From Selaginella moellendorffii (lineage: Eukaryota; Plantae; Lycopodiophyta): DNA of 64,000 nt. The position numbers and the translations under genes are program-made. A model generated the notes under the pieces. The model was not told where the DNA came from, did no database searches, and saw only the letters and a program-made list of their open reading frames with translations. The stretch is from contig NW_003314261.1 of NCBI RefSeq assembly GCF_000143415.4, forward strand, positions 1,502,117 to 1,566,116. The letters are read 5' to 3'. Positions 62,101-64,000 of this stretch are shown one piece after another (the stretch's first letter is position 1; every line of letters begins with the position of its first letter).

Positions 62101-64000
62101 GTAGTTAAGTTTCATCATTGACTTTACTTAATGATATTCTTGCTATTGAATTTTGTTGGATGGTGAATCCTATGTTGTCCAATAATAGTGATCTTGGTGG
62201 TTCCTATACTATAATACTGGTTTATTGGATGATAACTTACTTGGAATACTTTTGTGTTCTAATTTAAGCTTTATTCACTGATAATTACGACTCTACGATA
62301 TCATTATCTATGACTTTGATATAGTCCATATAATGATATTTGAGTTTGGGCCAGTAATGGGCAAACTGGCTTCAGCACTTCATGTGCATGGTGAAATCTC
62401 TAGTCATGGGGTAGCTACTGTCGACTAGTCACATAACCCGCTTCTCTGTCGATGTTCCTTATTTCGTTGAAAGGGCGTGACCATGTAAACAACTCTAACT
62501 ACCTGTTTACAGTAGTCTATTTAAACCTTACCGACGGGTTTGGTTTCTTTGCTCAGAAGGATTGGGGCCTTTGGCTTCTCTCTCTATGCCACCTGTGGGT
62601 AGGGGCGTATCACACTTTTGTAGCTGGGTGACACCCAGAGCAGCAAGGGTGGCTGATTCCGTTGGTCATTTCCTTGTCGGCGATAGCTGGAAGGTGTCTG
62701 AGTTGGTAGTGCATCTGCATTAGACAAAGAGGTTGCCCCCTAACTCATTTAAGTTGGTGCATTTCTCACATAGTGTGAGTACCGTGAACTTTTTCTGGAG
62801 TTATTTCCTTGGCAGTATTCTAGACTTGAGTATGTATCAACGAGGACGTCGATCTTCCCTAGGGGGGGAGAGTGTCGCGCATGTGACTTCGGGTATCGAA
62901 AGTTACTTGTCGACCAGTCCTTACGGACACTCTTACCTTACTGCCACGATAGCAGGAGGTCAGTATTGTTAGACCCTTTATTAGTCCCTCTTGTTCAAGT
63001 GTTAGTAAACTGGACTTTGCATTTGTACTTGGCCGGATGAGCATAAGGAAGGAATTCCTAAGTGTCTATTTAGCTGAGCATACTTGGCCCGGCTTGTTAG
63101 TTCTCTTTTGCTCTATCTTGCACTGGCTTGACAAAACAGTCGCGTATTGAGATTGGTCCCTCAATATCGCTACATAATAGTTTACCGTGTCTACCAAACA
63201 CCCTCGCTATCATGCCTTTTGTGTTAGTCTCATTTCGGTCCCAAATGCTATTTATGGAAAGTGTCCAGATTTGCTCATTTGGCATATCTACGGAATGTAG
63301 AGATCAGCCTGAACACAATGGTGTTCGTCCCGTATCCAAATTCACAATCTAAGGACATTCCATATTTCGTAAGTTTGAAACTTGTCCCAGAGACTAACTC
63401 CTGGTACTAAGGGATGCTTGGGGTGAAAGCCCAAAGCATGTGTTCCATAAGGGGGGGGGGGGGGTTCCAAATGTATAGTAGGGATAGTGGGTAGGCCGAG
63501 CATGGCCGACCAACCTGAGGCATAGTTTAGCTCCCACTTGCGTGCCTGTCCTTGTTCAGCATCCAGCTTGGGTCTAAGCCTAAGTTCCATTCCATGTTAG
63601 CTGGTGGAGTACCCATATCCTCACGTTAGGCCACCGGTATGCCGAAATAGTGCCAGACTCCGTTTGGCTCCATTTTGCGTGCTGGTCCTGGCATTGGGAT
63701 GCTGGTTGCTCTAGGACCGTTCCAAGTCGCTCTGGGCTTCTGTCCCTTTGCTCCTTGGGCTGTACGCTTGAAAGTTGCTCCGTGGTTCGGTTCCGTCACT
63801 CCTTGGCTCCATGCTTGGGAGTTTGGCACCGTTCCTTCATTCAGTGGCCCAAGGCCCTGAATGGGTTCCACACCACGTTCCTTTGGACACATGGCATGTG
63901 ACTCGTGGCATTTGTCACATGGCACAAAGAGGGTTTAGGTTCCGCTTCGTGGTGTTATCCTATGGTAAATCACCATAGGATAAAGGGTCAAAACCATGTG

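Larger units (their letters stand above)
50534..64000 (+). mobile_element. Outer non-autonomous LTR retroelement (LARD-like)
   Basis: Internally deleted 5' LTR 50534-51045 ending CGCTACA; PBS TGGTATCAGAGC (tRNA-iMet) 51048-51059; internal region resumes at 59117; PPT AGGGGGGGAGAG; 3' LTR from 62873 to the window end. No long ORF. Confidence 0.9.

Overview
Gene-dense, small-intron (mostly ~45-100 nt) land-plant nuclear DNA; architecture and gene content fit the lycophyte Selaginella (inference). There are three zones. (1) 1-22.4 kb: tightly packed genes encoding a GGCT/ChaC-fold protein, plastid PDH E2 (LTA2), isoamylase ISA1, an MFSD5/DUF791-type transporter, a minimal RING-Deltex-C E3 ligase, two tandem CYP71-clan P450s, a UBA2-like RRM protein, a Rubisco-LSMT-type SET protein, MPP10 and a RUG3-like RCC1 protein. 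(2) ~22.1-47.0 kb: a higher-order tandem array A-B-A-B-A-B-B'. A (~3.4 kb) = RCC1 last exon + intact isoflavone-reductase-like gene + RNase H gene. B (~4.0 kb) = inverted SET pseudogene with its promoter + inverted RCC1 fragment + foreign fragment + IFR fragment + RNase H gene. The common element is an intronless, TATA-preceded, stand-alone RNase HI of the 'KVKGH...GN..AD.LAK' (fungal/metazoan/bacterial-like) type: six open copies with intact catalytic residues and mostly synonymous differences, plus one truncated copy. This is the best candidate for an undescribed system. (3) 47.0-64.0 kb: a four-layer nest of Ty3/gypsy elements, comprising a decayed RT fragment, a Tcn1/sushi-like chromovirus with a mutated -1 frameshift site, and two non-coding LTR elements of one family, the younger inserted into the older (1144-bp LTRs, GTTAC TSD). 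All exon structures and substitution counts were read by eye.
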